From a virus, in the IMG/VR virus record IMGVR_UViG_3300005549_000009, positions 3,083-67,082 of that record: 64,000 bases of DNA, one strand, 5' to 3'. Position numbers and translations under genes: made by a program. Of the stretch, positions 1-8,536 are shown piece after piece. Numbering within the stretch: position 1 is the first letter of the stretch; each line of letters opens with the position of its first letter. Under the pieces are notes generated by a model. The model searched no databases. It had not been told where the DNA came from and saw nothing but the letters and a program-made list of their open reading frames with translations.

Positions 1-518
1 AACTGGTTTTGGGTGTTAGCCCATCCTTTAGTTACGGTGGTGGAAGCATTTACGGTTACACAAATTTCCCATCACGGATCACGCGGACTATCACGGCACC
101 CACGGGAAGCAACCAAGCGACGACCGTGCAACAGGTTCTGGCGATGCGGCAGGACTCGATTGACGCCTTCCACTACGGGCCTTGGGTCCTCTACACATCA
201 CCGGCCTGGAGCCAATATTTGGACGATGATTACTCTACCGCCAAGGGCGACAACACTCTGCGCCAACGGTTACAGTCCATTGATGGGATCACCGATGTTC
301 GAACGGCGGACTTTTTGAGCCCAACTGCATTCATCCTGATCCTGGTGCAACAGACGGCTGATGTAGCGCGCCTGGTCATGGGGATGGATATCACCACAGT
401 TCAATGGGAAACCCACGGCGGCATGCGGTTACATTTCAAGGTCATGGCCATTATGGTCCCGCAAGTGAGAGCGGATTTTAACGGCAACACGGGCATCGTG
501 CATGGTGCAACTGCGTAA
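1..518 (+). CDS. Major capsid protein, C-terminal part (5' end outside window)
   Basis: Frame open from window edge; resembles HK97-fold/linocin-like capsid C-termini; followed by a hairpin and neck genes. Confidence 0.75.
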   Translation, partial: LVLGVSPSFSYGGGSIYGYTNFPSRITRTITAPTGSNQATTVQQVLAMRQDSIDAFHYGPWVLYTSPAWSQYLDDDYSTAKGDNTLRQRLQSIDGITDVRTADFLSPTAFILILVQQTADVARLVMGMDITTVQWETHGGMRLHFKVMAIMVPQVRADFNGNTGIVHGATA

Positions 519-532
519 GTTTTGCTGCCAGC

Positions 533-574
533 GGCGGGGTCTTGTGGCCAGTGCTCCATGAGCCCCGCCATTTC
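533..574 (+). terminator. Stem-loop after capsid gene (terminator or mRNA stabiliser)
   Basis: GGCGGGGTCTTGTGG pairs with CCATGAGCCCCGCC; only a short T run follows. Confidence 0.5.
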
Positions 575-588
575 AAAAAACCGATATC

Positions 589-867
589 ATGAAACAGTTT
601 GAAGTCTTATCCGGTCAACATATCGAGCCTCTTGGGCTTCGAGAGAAGAAGACCTACACCAAAGGCCAGATCGTCCTGAGCGAGAAAAACTTGACCGCAA
701 TGTTTCCGCTGAAGTTCAAGGATTTGGGACTGGCTCCTGAGCACGCACGCGAAGCAGAAGCTGAATCGGAACCAGTGTTGGCCGCTGGTGGCGTTCTTAG
801 CGACGAAGCTGTAGCAACTTCTTCACGCGGCAAGCGGGGCAAAGCCAGCCTTACCCCCAATGAGTAA
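589..867 (+). CDS. Hypothetical capsid-adjacent protein
   Basis: 92 aa ORF coupled (TAATG) to next gene. Confidence 0.6.
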   Translation: MKQFEVLSGQHIEPLGLREKKTYTKGQIVLSEKNLTAMFPLKFKDLGLAPEHAREAEAESEPVLAAGGVLSDEAVATSSRGKRGKASLTPNE

Positions 868-1274
868 TGCCTATCCGCACAACCGAGGAAGCTGTTGCTG
901 GCATCATCGAGGTTGACAGTTCCATTAGCCTCACGCCGTTCATCGAGACGGCCTCGAACCTAACAGACCGCGTTGCAGCGGGAGATTTCCCGGTTACTCT
1001 CACCACGCTTGAGCTTATCGAGCGGTGGCTTTCGGCTCACTTCTACGCCCAACGTGACCCACGGGTTACTTCTGAGCGCGCAGGTTCGGTTGGAGCCAGC
1101 TACCAGAGCGCGGTCAAAACAGGCTTCAAGAATACCCACTACGGTCAGATGGCTCTTGCCTTGGACCCCACCGGCATCCTCGCGAGCTTAACTGAGGGCA
1201 CGCGCCTGGCCAGAGTGGATTGGCTGGGCACCGAATCGCAGCGGGGTGCCGTGGGCGACGCAGCGGAGGAATGA
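867..1274 (+). CDS. Head-tail adaptor protein
   Basis: ERWLSAHF...SVGASY...THYGQMALALDP pattern; position after capsid. Confidence 0.75.
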   Translation: MPIRTTEEAVAGIIEVDSSISLTPFIETASNLTDRVAAGDFPVTLTTLELIERWLSAHFYAQRDPRVTSERAGSVGASYQSAVKTGFKNTHYGQMALALDPTGILASLTEGTRLARVDWLGTESQRGAVGDAAEE

Positions 1275-1277
1275 ACG

Positions 1278-1922
1278 ATGCTATGGACCCCCGAACGCTG
1301 CTGGGAGGGCCAGGACGCCTTTGTCATTGGCGGGGGCGCTTCGCTCAAGGACTTTGATTGGGACCGGCTTCGGGGCCGGAACACGATTGGCTGCAATGAC
1401 GCCTTCCGGTTGGGGCCGGAGATTTCTAAGGTCTGCCTGTTCGGGGACCAGTCTTGGTGGCAGAAGACCAAGCACGAGCTGGAGCACTTCACGGGGCCGA
1501 TCTTCCACATTGCCCCATCGCTGGCCAAGCTAGACCTGAAAGGGATCACTGGGCTTACCAGGAAGCCGACCGGTCTTCATGAGGGCAGGAACTGCGGGTG
1601 GAACTTTTCAACCGGTGCCTCGGCCGTCAACCTGGTGATCAACATGGGGGCCAAACGGATCTTTCTGCTTGGGATCGATCTTGGCTTGGTGGGCGGCAAG
1701 TCCCATTGGCACGATTACCGGCCACGAGTTACGCAAGGCGAGATTTTGCAGCGGTTCTTGAAGGGGTTCAAGTTCATTGGCGACGGGCTCAAGCTTCCGC
1801 AGTATCAAGGCGTTCAGGTCATTCACGTAAGCGACGGCCCGGTTGTGATGCCGTTCTTCATGAAGATGCCTTTTGCTGAGCTTTACACTATCATTCCCAA
1901 GCCTGAGGCGGTGTCGGCGTGA
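1278..1922 (+). CDS. DUF115/Maf/GT29-like Rossmann transferase
   Basis: FVIGGGASL, TIGCNDAF, STGASAVNL...GAKRIFLLGID motifs. Confidence 0.65.
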   Translation: MLWTPERCWEGQDAFVIGGGASLKDFDWDRLRGRNTIGCNDAFRLGPEISKVCLFGDQSWWQKTKHELEHFTGPIFHIAPSLAKLDLKGITGLTRKPTGLHEGRNCGWNFSTGASAVNLVINMGAKRIFLLGIDLGLVGGKSHWHDYRPRVTQGEILQRFLKGFKFIGDGLKLPQYQGVQVIHVSDGPVVMPFFMKMPFAELYTIIPKPEAVSA

Positions 1923-2269
1923 GATTCAACCGTCAGATCAAAATCTGCCCGAAGTGTCAGTTGCGAGATACAAAACCGCTTCATGGATATTGCTACGAAT
2001 GCAGCGCGGAATACATGCGCAATTGGCGTAAAACGCACAGACTCAATGGAGAGGCGAGGAAGCGTTCTAATGCCAGGAGCTACACTAGGATTTACATCAA
2101 ACGTGGAAATATAGTTCCATTACCATGTTGTGTCTGTGGGGCGCAACCTGCTCAACCGCATCACTTTGATTACGATGACCCGTTGGATGTCGGTTGGTTT
2201 TGCAGAAAGCACCATCTCGGCCTCCATGGCAAAACCCATCGCAGGAAATTCCACAAACATTCCAGATAA
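1919..2269 (+). CDS. Zn-finger/HNH-like endonuclease
   Basis: CxxC pairs, HHFDYDDPLDVGWFCRKHH; lower GC than neighbours. Confidence 0.6.
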   Translation: MRFNRQIKICPKCQLRDTKPLHGYCYECSAEYMRNWRKTHRLNGEARKRSNARSYTRIYIKRGNIVPLPCCVCGAQPAQPHHFDYDDPLDVGWFCRKHHLGLHGKTHRRKFHKHSR

Positions 2270-2302
2270 GGCGCTGAATGTGGATCATGGAACAATTTTA
2301 AA

Positions 2303-2650
2303 ATGAGCATCATCAAGAAGATGCGCAAACAGCATGCCGTTCTATGGATTCGTTCCGATGCTCCGGACCGGTTCGGCCGTTTCAGCTACGGGAGCCCGGC
2401 TCAGATCAAATGCCGCTGGGAAGATGTTGTGCAAGAGTTTCGCGACAGCCAAGGGCAAGCCACGGTTTCAAGATCGATTGTTTACGTGGACCGGATCATC
2501 AAAGCGGGGGACATGCTCAAACGCGGCGAGCTAGAAAGCGATACGCCGAGCGATCCACGGGACGAGCCTGAACTTGCCTGGGAAGTGCGCCGATTTGATC
2601 AGCTGCCCAAGCTCAACAACAAAGAAACGCTCCTGACTGCCTACCTCTGA
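2303..2650 (+). CDS. Head closure (stopper) protein
   Basis: DRFGR...IKCRWED pattern; neck gene order. Confidence 0.65.
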   Translation: MSIIKKMRKQHAVLWIRSDAPDRFGRFSYGSPAQIKCRWEDVVQEFRDSQGQATVSRSIVYVDRIIKAGDMLKRGELESDTPSDPRDEPELAWEVRRFDQLPKLNNKETLLTAYL

Positions 2651-3054
2651 TGCCAGCACTCGTTACAGGCGCGAAAGAGATCCTTTCGAACATGAAGAAG
2701 CACCAGAAACTGCTCGGGCTTGGCGTCGCAGCTGGGCTCAAGGCTGCCGGTCTCGCGTTGCAACGGGAGAGTCAGCAGTTGGTCCCGGTCGATACCGGGA
2801 ACCTCAAGGCATCGGCATTCACGCGGGCCGAAGGAAGCGGGCTAAACACGGCCGTCACGGTCGGCTACACGGCCGCCTACGCGCTTTTCGTTCATGAACT
2901 GATCGGTATGAAGCTGGAGGGCCAGCCCCGTCCTGGGGGCAGGGGGCGCTACTGGGACCCGGCTGGGCGGGGTCGGGCTAAGTTCCTAGAAGAACCAGCG
3001 CGGCGCATGGCTCCGCAGCTGGTGGCCATCGTGAAGAAGTTCGCCAAGATATGA
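2650..3054 (+). CDS. HK97 gp10-like tail completion protein
   Basis: VPVDTGNLKAS, YALFVHE, AKFLEEP motifs. Confidence 0.85.
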   Translation: MPALVTGAKEILSNMKKHQKLLGLGVAAGLKAAGLALQRESQQLVPVDTGNLKASAFTRAEGSGLNTAVTVGYTAAYALFVHELIGMKLEGQPRPGGRGRYWDPAGRGRAKFLEEPARRMAPQLVAIVKKFAKI

Positions 3055-4205
3055 ACAGCGCCGCTGAGGTCATTTACCAGTTTCTGCTCGATGCAGGGCT
3101 TGCGGATGATTCAGGAGGTGGGTGGCCGCTGCACATCTCCTTCATGCCGAACCTGCCCAATGTGGCCATTTGCGTTTATGACACAGCAGGCGAGAAAGAT
3201 GGCCGGATCATGCAAGGGTCGACCATCGAGCATCACGGCATCCAAGTTGTGATTCGAAACCCGCTTTACGATGAAGGCTGGCGCAAGGCGCGAGCGATTG
3301 CCGATGCTTTTGATAACCAGGTCAAGACCAGCGTTGCGGTGGACAGTGCCTCTCTCTACACTTTGCACGACGTGTCCCGGCGCGGGTTAATCATCCCGGT
3401 CGGGGTCGATGAGCAAGACGGTCAGCGCCGTCACTATTTTACGATCAACGCCGTGGTAACATACGCCCAAGTAACTACCGATTCTGTCGATCCTGTTCCG
3501 GAGCTGGAACCCCCTGCTCCTGGTGTTTGGTATCGGGCGGACTTCGGCGTTACGCTGTTAGGGGTTCAAGCTGTTAATGGTGGGCTGGTCGATCAATGGA
3601 ACGATAAAAGTGGGAACGGCTATGAGGCTGTTCAGGCTAGTGCCGCTCAGCAACCAACCTATAACACGAATGTCCTTAATGGGCATCCTGTCTTGCATTT
3701 CCCGCGCACGACGAATCAGTTGCTGACGATTCCGAGCAGTGCCGCATTGTTGCCGCCAACCAATCAGGCGTTTTCGTTGTTCGCAGTGTTAAGGCCAACG
3801 AACTTCGCAAATGCGATTGTCCTTTTCGAAGGCGATACGGGCGGAGGTTTCGTGCAATGGTATCTTGACAGCTCAACTGGCAAGCAGGTTTTTTCAGATG
3901 GAAATCCAAGTGTCGCATCTACCACCGGATTGACTGCGGGAGCTTGGAACCGGATCGGAGTGCGGGTGCCCACACGGGGCAGCGGCAACACGAATTATTA
4001 TTTGAACGGGGTTGCCAATGGAGTTCAGTCGCAAGGCATCAGTGGCATTGTCGGATCGATGGTGACATCGCTTATGGGGGATCGGCCGCCGTTCGTGTTT
4101 CCTCTCATTGGTGACATAGCAGAGTTCCTTTTCTATGCACGGGATGTGACTGCTGGCGAAATAGCTGATATTGATGCTTACTTTGTGGACCGTTACGCGC
4201 TCTAA
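3051..4205 (+). CDS. Tail terminator-like protein fused to C-terminal LamG/ConA-like domain
   Basis: N-terminal ~140 aa terminator-like (AICVYDT, IQVVIR, RHYFTIN); then WYRAD...WNDKSGNG...GDIAEFLFYAR. Confidence 0.7.
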   Translation: MNSAAEVIYQFLLDAGLADDSGGGWPLHISFMPNLPNVAICVYDTAGEKDGRIMQGSTIEHHGIQVVIRNPLYDEGWRKARAIADAFDNQVKTSVAVDSASLYTLHDVSRRGLIIPVGVDEQDGQRRHYFTINAVVTYAQVTTDSVDPVPELEPPAPGVWYRADFGVTLLGVQAVNGGLVDQWNDKSGNGYEAVQASAAQQPTYNTNVLNGHPVLHFPRTTNQLLTIPSSAALLPPTNQAFSLFAVLRPTNFANAIVLFEGDTGGGFVQWYLDSSTGKQVFSDGNPSVASTTGLTAGAWNRIGVRVPTRGSGNTNYYLNGVANGVQSQGISGIVGSMVTSLMGDRPPFVFPLIGDIAEFLFYARDVTAGEIADIDAYFVDRYAL

Positions 4206-4210
4206 AATAA

Positions 4211-6583
4211 ATGGCTGCCTACACAACATCCTTAGGGATAAGTGAGCTGGACCCATTCGGGTCAGCTGAGCTGCTGAACTGGGCAGGAGACTTGTTCGAG
4301 GTCTACAACCTGGACGCGGAGCTTGGGAGGCGGAATCAGAACATCTCAATGCATCAGATGTTCAAGGACCTGATGACCTTCTCGGACGCGGGTCACATCG
4401 TTCTTGAGGGCGGCGATACGGTCAGAGTTGATGCCAACAGCCGCAGCGTTTCGATGGTGGGCGGCACAGCCAAGGCGAGCGGTGCTTACCTGGAAGTGTT
4501 TGGGGACTCACACGCCACGACGCCAGGGCAAGTTGAAGCGCGGATCAAGGGCACGGGTTCATTCAAGGTGACGACGACGGTTTTCGGATCCACGACGCCT
4601 ACGACGGTTGTTGCAGTCAACTCCAGCGGCACGGTGGCAATTACTCAGGGGACCATTACCGCAGATCACCCGGCTATCGACGCGAGCGTCACTTGGAATA
4701 ATGTGGCGACTACGTTCACGGGCTGGAAGCTGAACGTTACCGATTCGGCTGCCGCAACCGCGTCCATGCTGCTGGACATCCAATACAACTCGGCCACGAT
4801 GCTGAATCTGCGCAAGGATGGGCGGCTGGTCCTGGCAGGCCGGGCCAGTTTCCTGACGACCAGCTCAATAGGACATGGCTTCGCCGTCTCGGATACGAAC
4901 ACAGTTTCCTCGGTGATTGTAGCGGCTCTCACGCATAACCTCAGCTCAGGGACTCCAGCCGCTGGAATGGGCATCCATTTTGACTGGAATATTGATTCAA
5001 CGACAACGGCCAGCACGCGAGCGGCGCGTTGGACCACGGCTTGGACAAATGCAACGCATGCGACGCGGAGCGCAACGACGACGATCAATACTTTCGTGAG
5101 CGGGACGGAGTCACCACATCTTGTGATTGGTGGTAATCAGATCGGAGGGCCAGTAGGGACGGCGCTATTGCCGAGCTGGGTCAACCGGAACGATACGACT
5201 ACGGGCATTTGGTATCCGGCAGCCAGCACGATTGCGTGGAGCTTGGGTGCGGTGGAAGCGATGCGGTTAGATTCTACCGGATTGGGAATTGGAAGAGCGG
5301 CTACGGTAAATCTGGATATTTATACCACCACAACCGTGACAAGTGCATTGATTGAAACATCCACGGCTGGAATATCATATATCGAGTTTAAGAATTCAAA
5401 CGGTAGGTTTTTGGTAGGCAAGGCCAGGACCACGTCCAACGGAGGTTTGATTGGCGGTGGTTTGGTTAATGCGGGCGTAATAACTACCGTTGGGGCTCAG
5501 CCACTGCAATTTGGGACGGCTGGCGGAGCCCGAATGACTATTCTGGGTAGTGGAACGATGGGTGTCGGAATAGGGACAGACTCGCCAGATGGGATTCTGC
5601 ATGTTGCTAGTAGTGTTTCAGGGGCCGCACAATTTTTATACGAGCAAGCATGCGATACCATTGATGGTGCAGACATTGTATTTCAAAAGGCTCGTGGGAG
5701 TGTGGGGGCTGGGAATCGAACTACGATTTTCACAGGCGATGAGCTTGGCGGTTTTTTTTGGCAGGGGCATGATGGCACCACATACAGGAATGCTGCCGGG
5801 GTTCGTGTTAAGACGACTGGAACGATAGCAACCAATCAGATCCCAGGCGTGATGATCTTATCTACCAGCACGAGCGGTGGAGTGCTTACGGATCGAATGA
5901 CTCTCGATCAGCAAGCCCGAGTCGGCCTAGGCCCGTCCCTGACCCCCTGCTCCAATCTCTGCGTCAACAACTCGACCACCGCCACCGTCTCCAACTTCTA
6001 CGAGACTACAGATGGCCTCGCTTCTCCGGTCGATTACCGCCGCTTCACCATTACGACCCAAGCAGGCAACACGCTTCTCCGCACCGAAGCTGGCGGCACG
6101 GGGGCCAGTGCATTGAGCGGGCTGCCGCGTATCTTGCAGGTGGGCACGGGGCCGTCGGTTGGAGCGGACATCAACGGGCAGAATGTTATTTGGCACTCTG
6201 GAGCTGGTACGGGCTCTGGGACGGGAGGCTCGCACCTTTTTCAAGTGAGCGCGCCAGGCGCATCGGCCTCAACGGAGCGAGCATTGGCGACGAGGCTAAC
6301 GTTGAATACGACGGACCTCACCATCGCGACTGCGGTGCGCTTAGCTGTTGCTAGTGGCACAAATCAGCGTGCTGGCGATGCAACTTTGGTTGGAGGAACT
6401 GTTACGGTTAGCAACACGACCGTGACGGCGAACACAAGAGTGTTTGTCACGCGAAAGACTGCGGGAGGAACGATTGGATTTGCAGTGACCTACACCGTCA
6501 GTGCCGGGACAAGCTTCACCCTGACAAGCGACAACGTTCTTGATACGAGCGTCTACTCTTACATCTTAATCGAGGTGCCTTAG
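4211..6583 (+). CDS. Tail fibre / receptor-binding protein
   Basis: 790 aa, Thr/Gly/Ser rich, repeated RMTI-xG-VGIGT fibre motifs. Confidence 0.75.
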   Translation: MAAYTTSLGISELDPFGSAELLNWAGDLFEVYNLDAELGRRNQNISMHQMFKDLMTFSDAGHIVLEGGDTVRVDANSRSVSMVGGTAKASGAYLEVFGDSHATTPGQVEARIKGTGSFKVTTTVFGSTTPTTVVAVNSSGTVAITQGTITADHPAIDASVTWNNVATTFTGWKLNVTDSAAATASMLLDIQYNSATMLNLRKDGRLVLAGRASFLTTSSIGHGFAVSDTNTVSSVIVAALTHNLSSGTPAAGMGIHFDWNIDSTTTASTRAARWTTAWTNATHATRSATTTINTFVSGTESPHLVIGGNQIGGPVGTALLPSWVNRNDTTTGIWYPAASTIAWSLGAVEAMRLDSTGLGIGRAATVNLDIYTTTTVTSALIETSTAGISYIEFKNSNGRFLVGKARTTSNGGLIGGGLVNAGVITTVGAQPLQFGTAGGARMTILGSGTMGVGIGTDSPDGILHVASSVSGAAQFLYEQACDTIDGADIVFQKARGSVGAGNRTTIFTGDELGGFFWQGHDGTTYRNAAGVRVKTTGTIATNQIPGVMILSTSTSGGVLTDRMTLDQQARVGLGPSLTPCSNLCVNNSTTATVSNFYETTDGLASPVDYRRFTITTQAGNTLLRTEAGGTGASALSGLPRILQVGTGPSVGADINGQNVIWHSGAGTGSGTGGSHLFQVSAPGASASTERALATRLTLNTTDLTIATAVRLAVASGTNQRAGDATLVGGTVTVSNTTVTANTRVFVTRKTAGGTIGFAVTYTVSAGTSFTLTSDNVLDTSVYSYILIEVP

Positions 6584-6605
6584 CGATGAAAAACAAAAGG
6601 ATTTT

Positions 6606-6980
6606 ATGGTAGTCTTTAGCGCACTTACCTATACGGGGGTCGCGGACCAGCTAGAGATTTTGGCTGCCGACTTCGCGATCACCGCCGCCAATACATTGAT
6701 CACCGCCGAGAACGCCCGCCGCGCCGCCCTCGTGCCCCCCGGTACCCCGCTGGCTCTGTGGCCCAACAGCACCAACGCCGAAAAGAAAGCCAGCTACCTC
6801 GGTATCCTGCTCCAAGGCGTTACCAATACGCACGCGAGCTATGTCCAGCAGGCGTCCAGCCCGCAGGAGTTTGAAAACTGGTTCACACAACCGGAACGGC
6901 AGCAGATTCGAGCTAATTTCATCACACGCCGCAAAGCGGGCGAGACTGGAGCTTCATTGGTAACCGATTCCGCCGCGTAA
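6606..6980 (+). CDS. Hypothetical (fibre-associated)
   Basis: 124 aa ORF with AAGGA RBS. Confidence 0.55.
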   Translation: MVVFSALTYTGVADQLEILAADFAITAANTLITAENARRAALVPPGTPLALWPNSTNAEKKASYLGILLQGVTNTHASYVQQASSPQEFENWFTQPERQQIRANFITRRKAGETGASLVTDSAA

Positions 6981-7024
6981 ATGAAACTAGCTAATCGCAA
7001 CCAGACCAATTAGAACTGCAAACG

Positions 7025-7399
7025 ATGAAACGCATCCTAGACCTGAACTTCCCGTGCCTGAATCTCGATGGCGAGCCCTACACCATGAAGAGCAAGGAAA
7101 GCAAGGAGCCCGAGACCGTTGGGAGGTTCATAGCAAACTTCCTAGTCCAATCACCCAAGGGCGACGTGCTCAAGCACTACGACTGGGCCTTGGCTCTCAA
7201 CAAAGGGAAGCCCATCGAGCTGGACGAGTCGGACTGGAACACGTTCAAGGAATGGCTCAAGACTCACGAGACCATGATCCCGCTCTTCAAGGCTCCAGCT
7301 TACCGCGCCATGCTTGACGCCGAGAAAGACCGCGAAAAAGACAACGGCGCGCCCAACCGCAGCGCATCCTTTGAAGCCGAAAAACCAGCCACCATTTAA
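7025..7399 (+). CDS. Hypothetical, possible fibre assembly chaperone
   Basis: LNLDGEP...IELDESD pattern; position after fibre gene. Confidence 0.55.
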   Translation: MKRILDLNFPCLNLDGEPYTMKSKESKEPETVGRFIANFLVQSPKGDVLKHYDWALALNKGKPIELDESDWNTFKEWLKTHETMIPLFKAPAYRAMLDAEKDREKDNGAPNRSASFEAEKPATI

Positions 7400-7414
7400 C
7401 AAAAAGGACACACC

Positions 7415-7870
7415 ATGCCAGCCGCTAACCAGCTCCGTCTCGATGACGGGTTCGCAACATTCATCACATTCGAAAATCTCCCGAACATCAAACTGTTCGA
7501 GAAAGAGGTAAACCCGCCCGGCATCTCGGCTAACGGTCCTATTGACACGACCACGATGCGAAACACGGCTTGGCGCACCATGGCCCCGAAGGCTCTGCGC
7601 ACCATGCCGCAGATCACGGCTACCGTTGCATATGCGACAGATGCCATTGAACTGCTCTATCAGCAGGTGGGAGTCAATCAGCCGATTATCGTAACGATGC
7701 CGGATGGGTCCACGATTCATTTCTGGGGCTGGATCGAGGAGTTCGTGCCGGGGGCCAACGTGGAAGGGGAGCAGCCGACAGCTACCCTCACGATTCAACC
7801 GAGTCTGCGCAACACGGCGGGTGCGGAAGTGTCGCCTGCGTATCTGGAGCCTGATGCTGTTTCGGCGTAA
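7415..7870 (+). CDS. Major tail tube protein
   Basis: PIDTTTM...PDGSTIHFWGWI...ATLTIQPS; precedes chaperones and tape measure. Confidence 0.85.
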   Translation: MPAANQLRLDDGFATFITFENLPNIKLFEKEVNPPGISANGPIDTTTMRNTAWRTMAPKALRTMPQITATVAYATDAIELLYQQVGVNQPIIVTMPDGSTIHFWGWIEEFVPGANVEGEQPTATLTIQPSLRNTAGAEVSPAYLEPDAVSA

Positions 7871-7882
7871 TCGGGGAGCTGA

Positions 7883-8221
7883 ATGAAAGAAATCACGCTC
7901 GAATGCAAACGGGAGACCTACAAGCTCAACTTGCCAGGTGGCACGCATCGGATGGTTGAACTGCGCGAGATGACAGCGGCCGTTCGGGACAAGCATATGG
8001 ATGGGCTTAGGGGCAGGATGGATGCCGACAATGGTATCATCAAGTTCGATGAGATGGAGGCCGACCTGCTTTGCCGGTGTCTTTACGACGTAGCAAGCGA
8101 CAAGCTTATCCCGCTCTCAGAGATTCAATCCTGGCCAGCTTCCTCCGTGCATTTTCTATACACCGAAGCCAATGAGATGCACAAGATAGTGCCGGGCGGA
8201 GAAACGCCAAAAAACGGATGA
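7883..8221 (+). CDS. Tail assembly chaperone (gpG-like)
   Basis: Lies between tube and tape measure; slippery site at 3' end. Confidence 0.8.
   Translation: MKEITLECKRETYKLNLPGGTHRMVELREMTAAVRDKHMDGLRGRMDADNGIIKFDEMEADLLCRCLYDVASDKLIPLSEIQSWPASSVHFLYTEANEMHKIVPGGETPKNG
8209..8215 (+). promoter_or_regulatory. -1 ribosomal frameshift site A AAA AAC
   Basis: X XXY YYZ heptamer two codons before the stop; next ORF is in the -1 frame. Confidence 0.8.
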
Positions 8222-8535
8222 CGGGTGAGAGGCTGGCTTGGTTCAGGGTTGCCTCTCATCTAAAGCTCACGATTGGTGAATTGCGTGAGCGTATCACAGC
8301 GACTGAGTTCCTTGGCTGGTTGCAGTTCCTGGATTGGGAAGAGCGTCGTGAAACCAAGCAAGATTACTACCTTGCTCAGATAGCAGCGGAGACACGGCGT
8401 GGCAATGTGAAGCATCCGAATCGCATCAAAGTGAAAGACCTGCTCCTCAAATTCGAGAACGGCAAGGAAGGAAATTGCGAACGGAGTAAATCGATTTGGC
8501 TGAACGCGGTAGGATTGAAACCGGCAAAGAAATGA
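8218..8535 (+). CDS. Tail assembly chaperone gpT-like frameshift extension
   Basis: -1 frame to upstream gene; TIGELRERITATEFLGW pattern. Confidence 0.75.
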   Translation: MTGERLAWFRVASHLKLTIGELRERITATEFLGWLQFLDWEERRETKQDYYLAQIAAETRRGNVKHPNRIKVKDLLLKFENGKEGNCERSKSIWLNAVGLKPAKK

Positions 8536-8536
8536 T

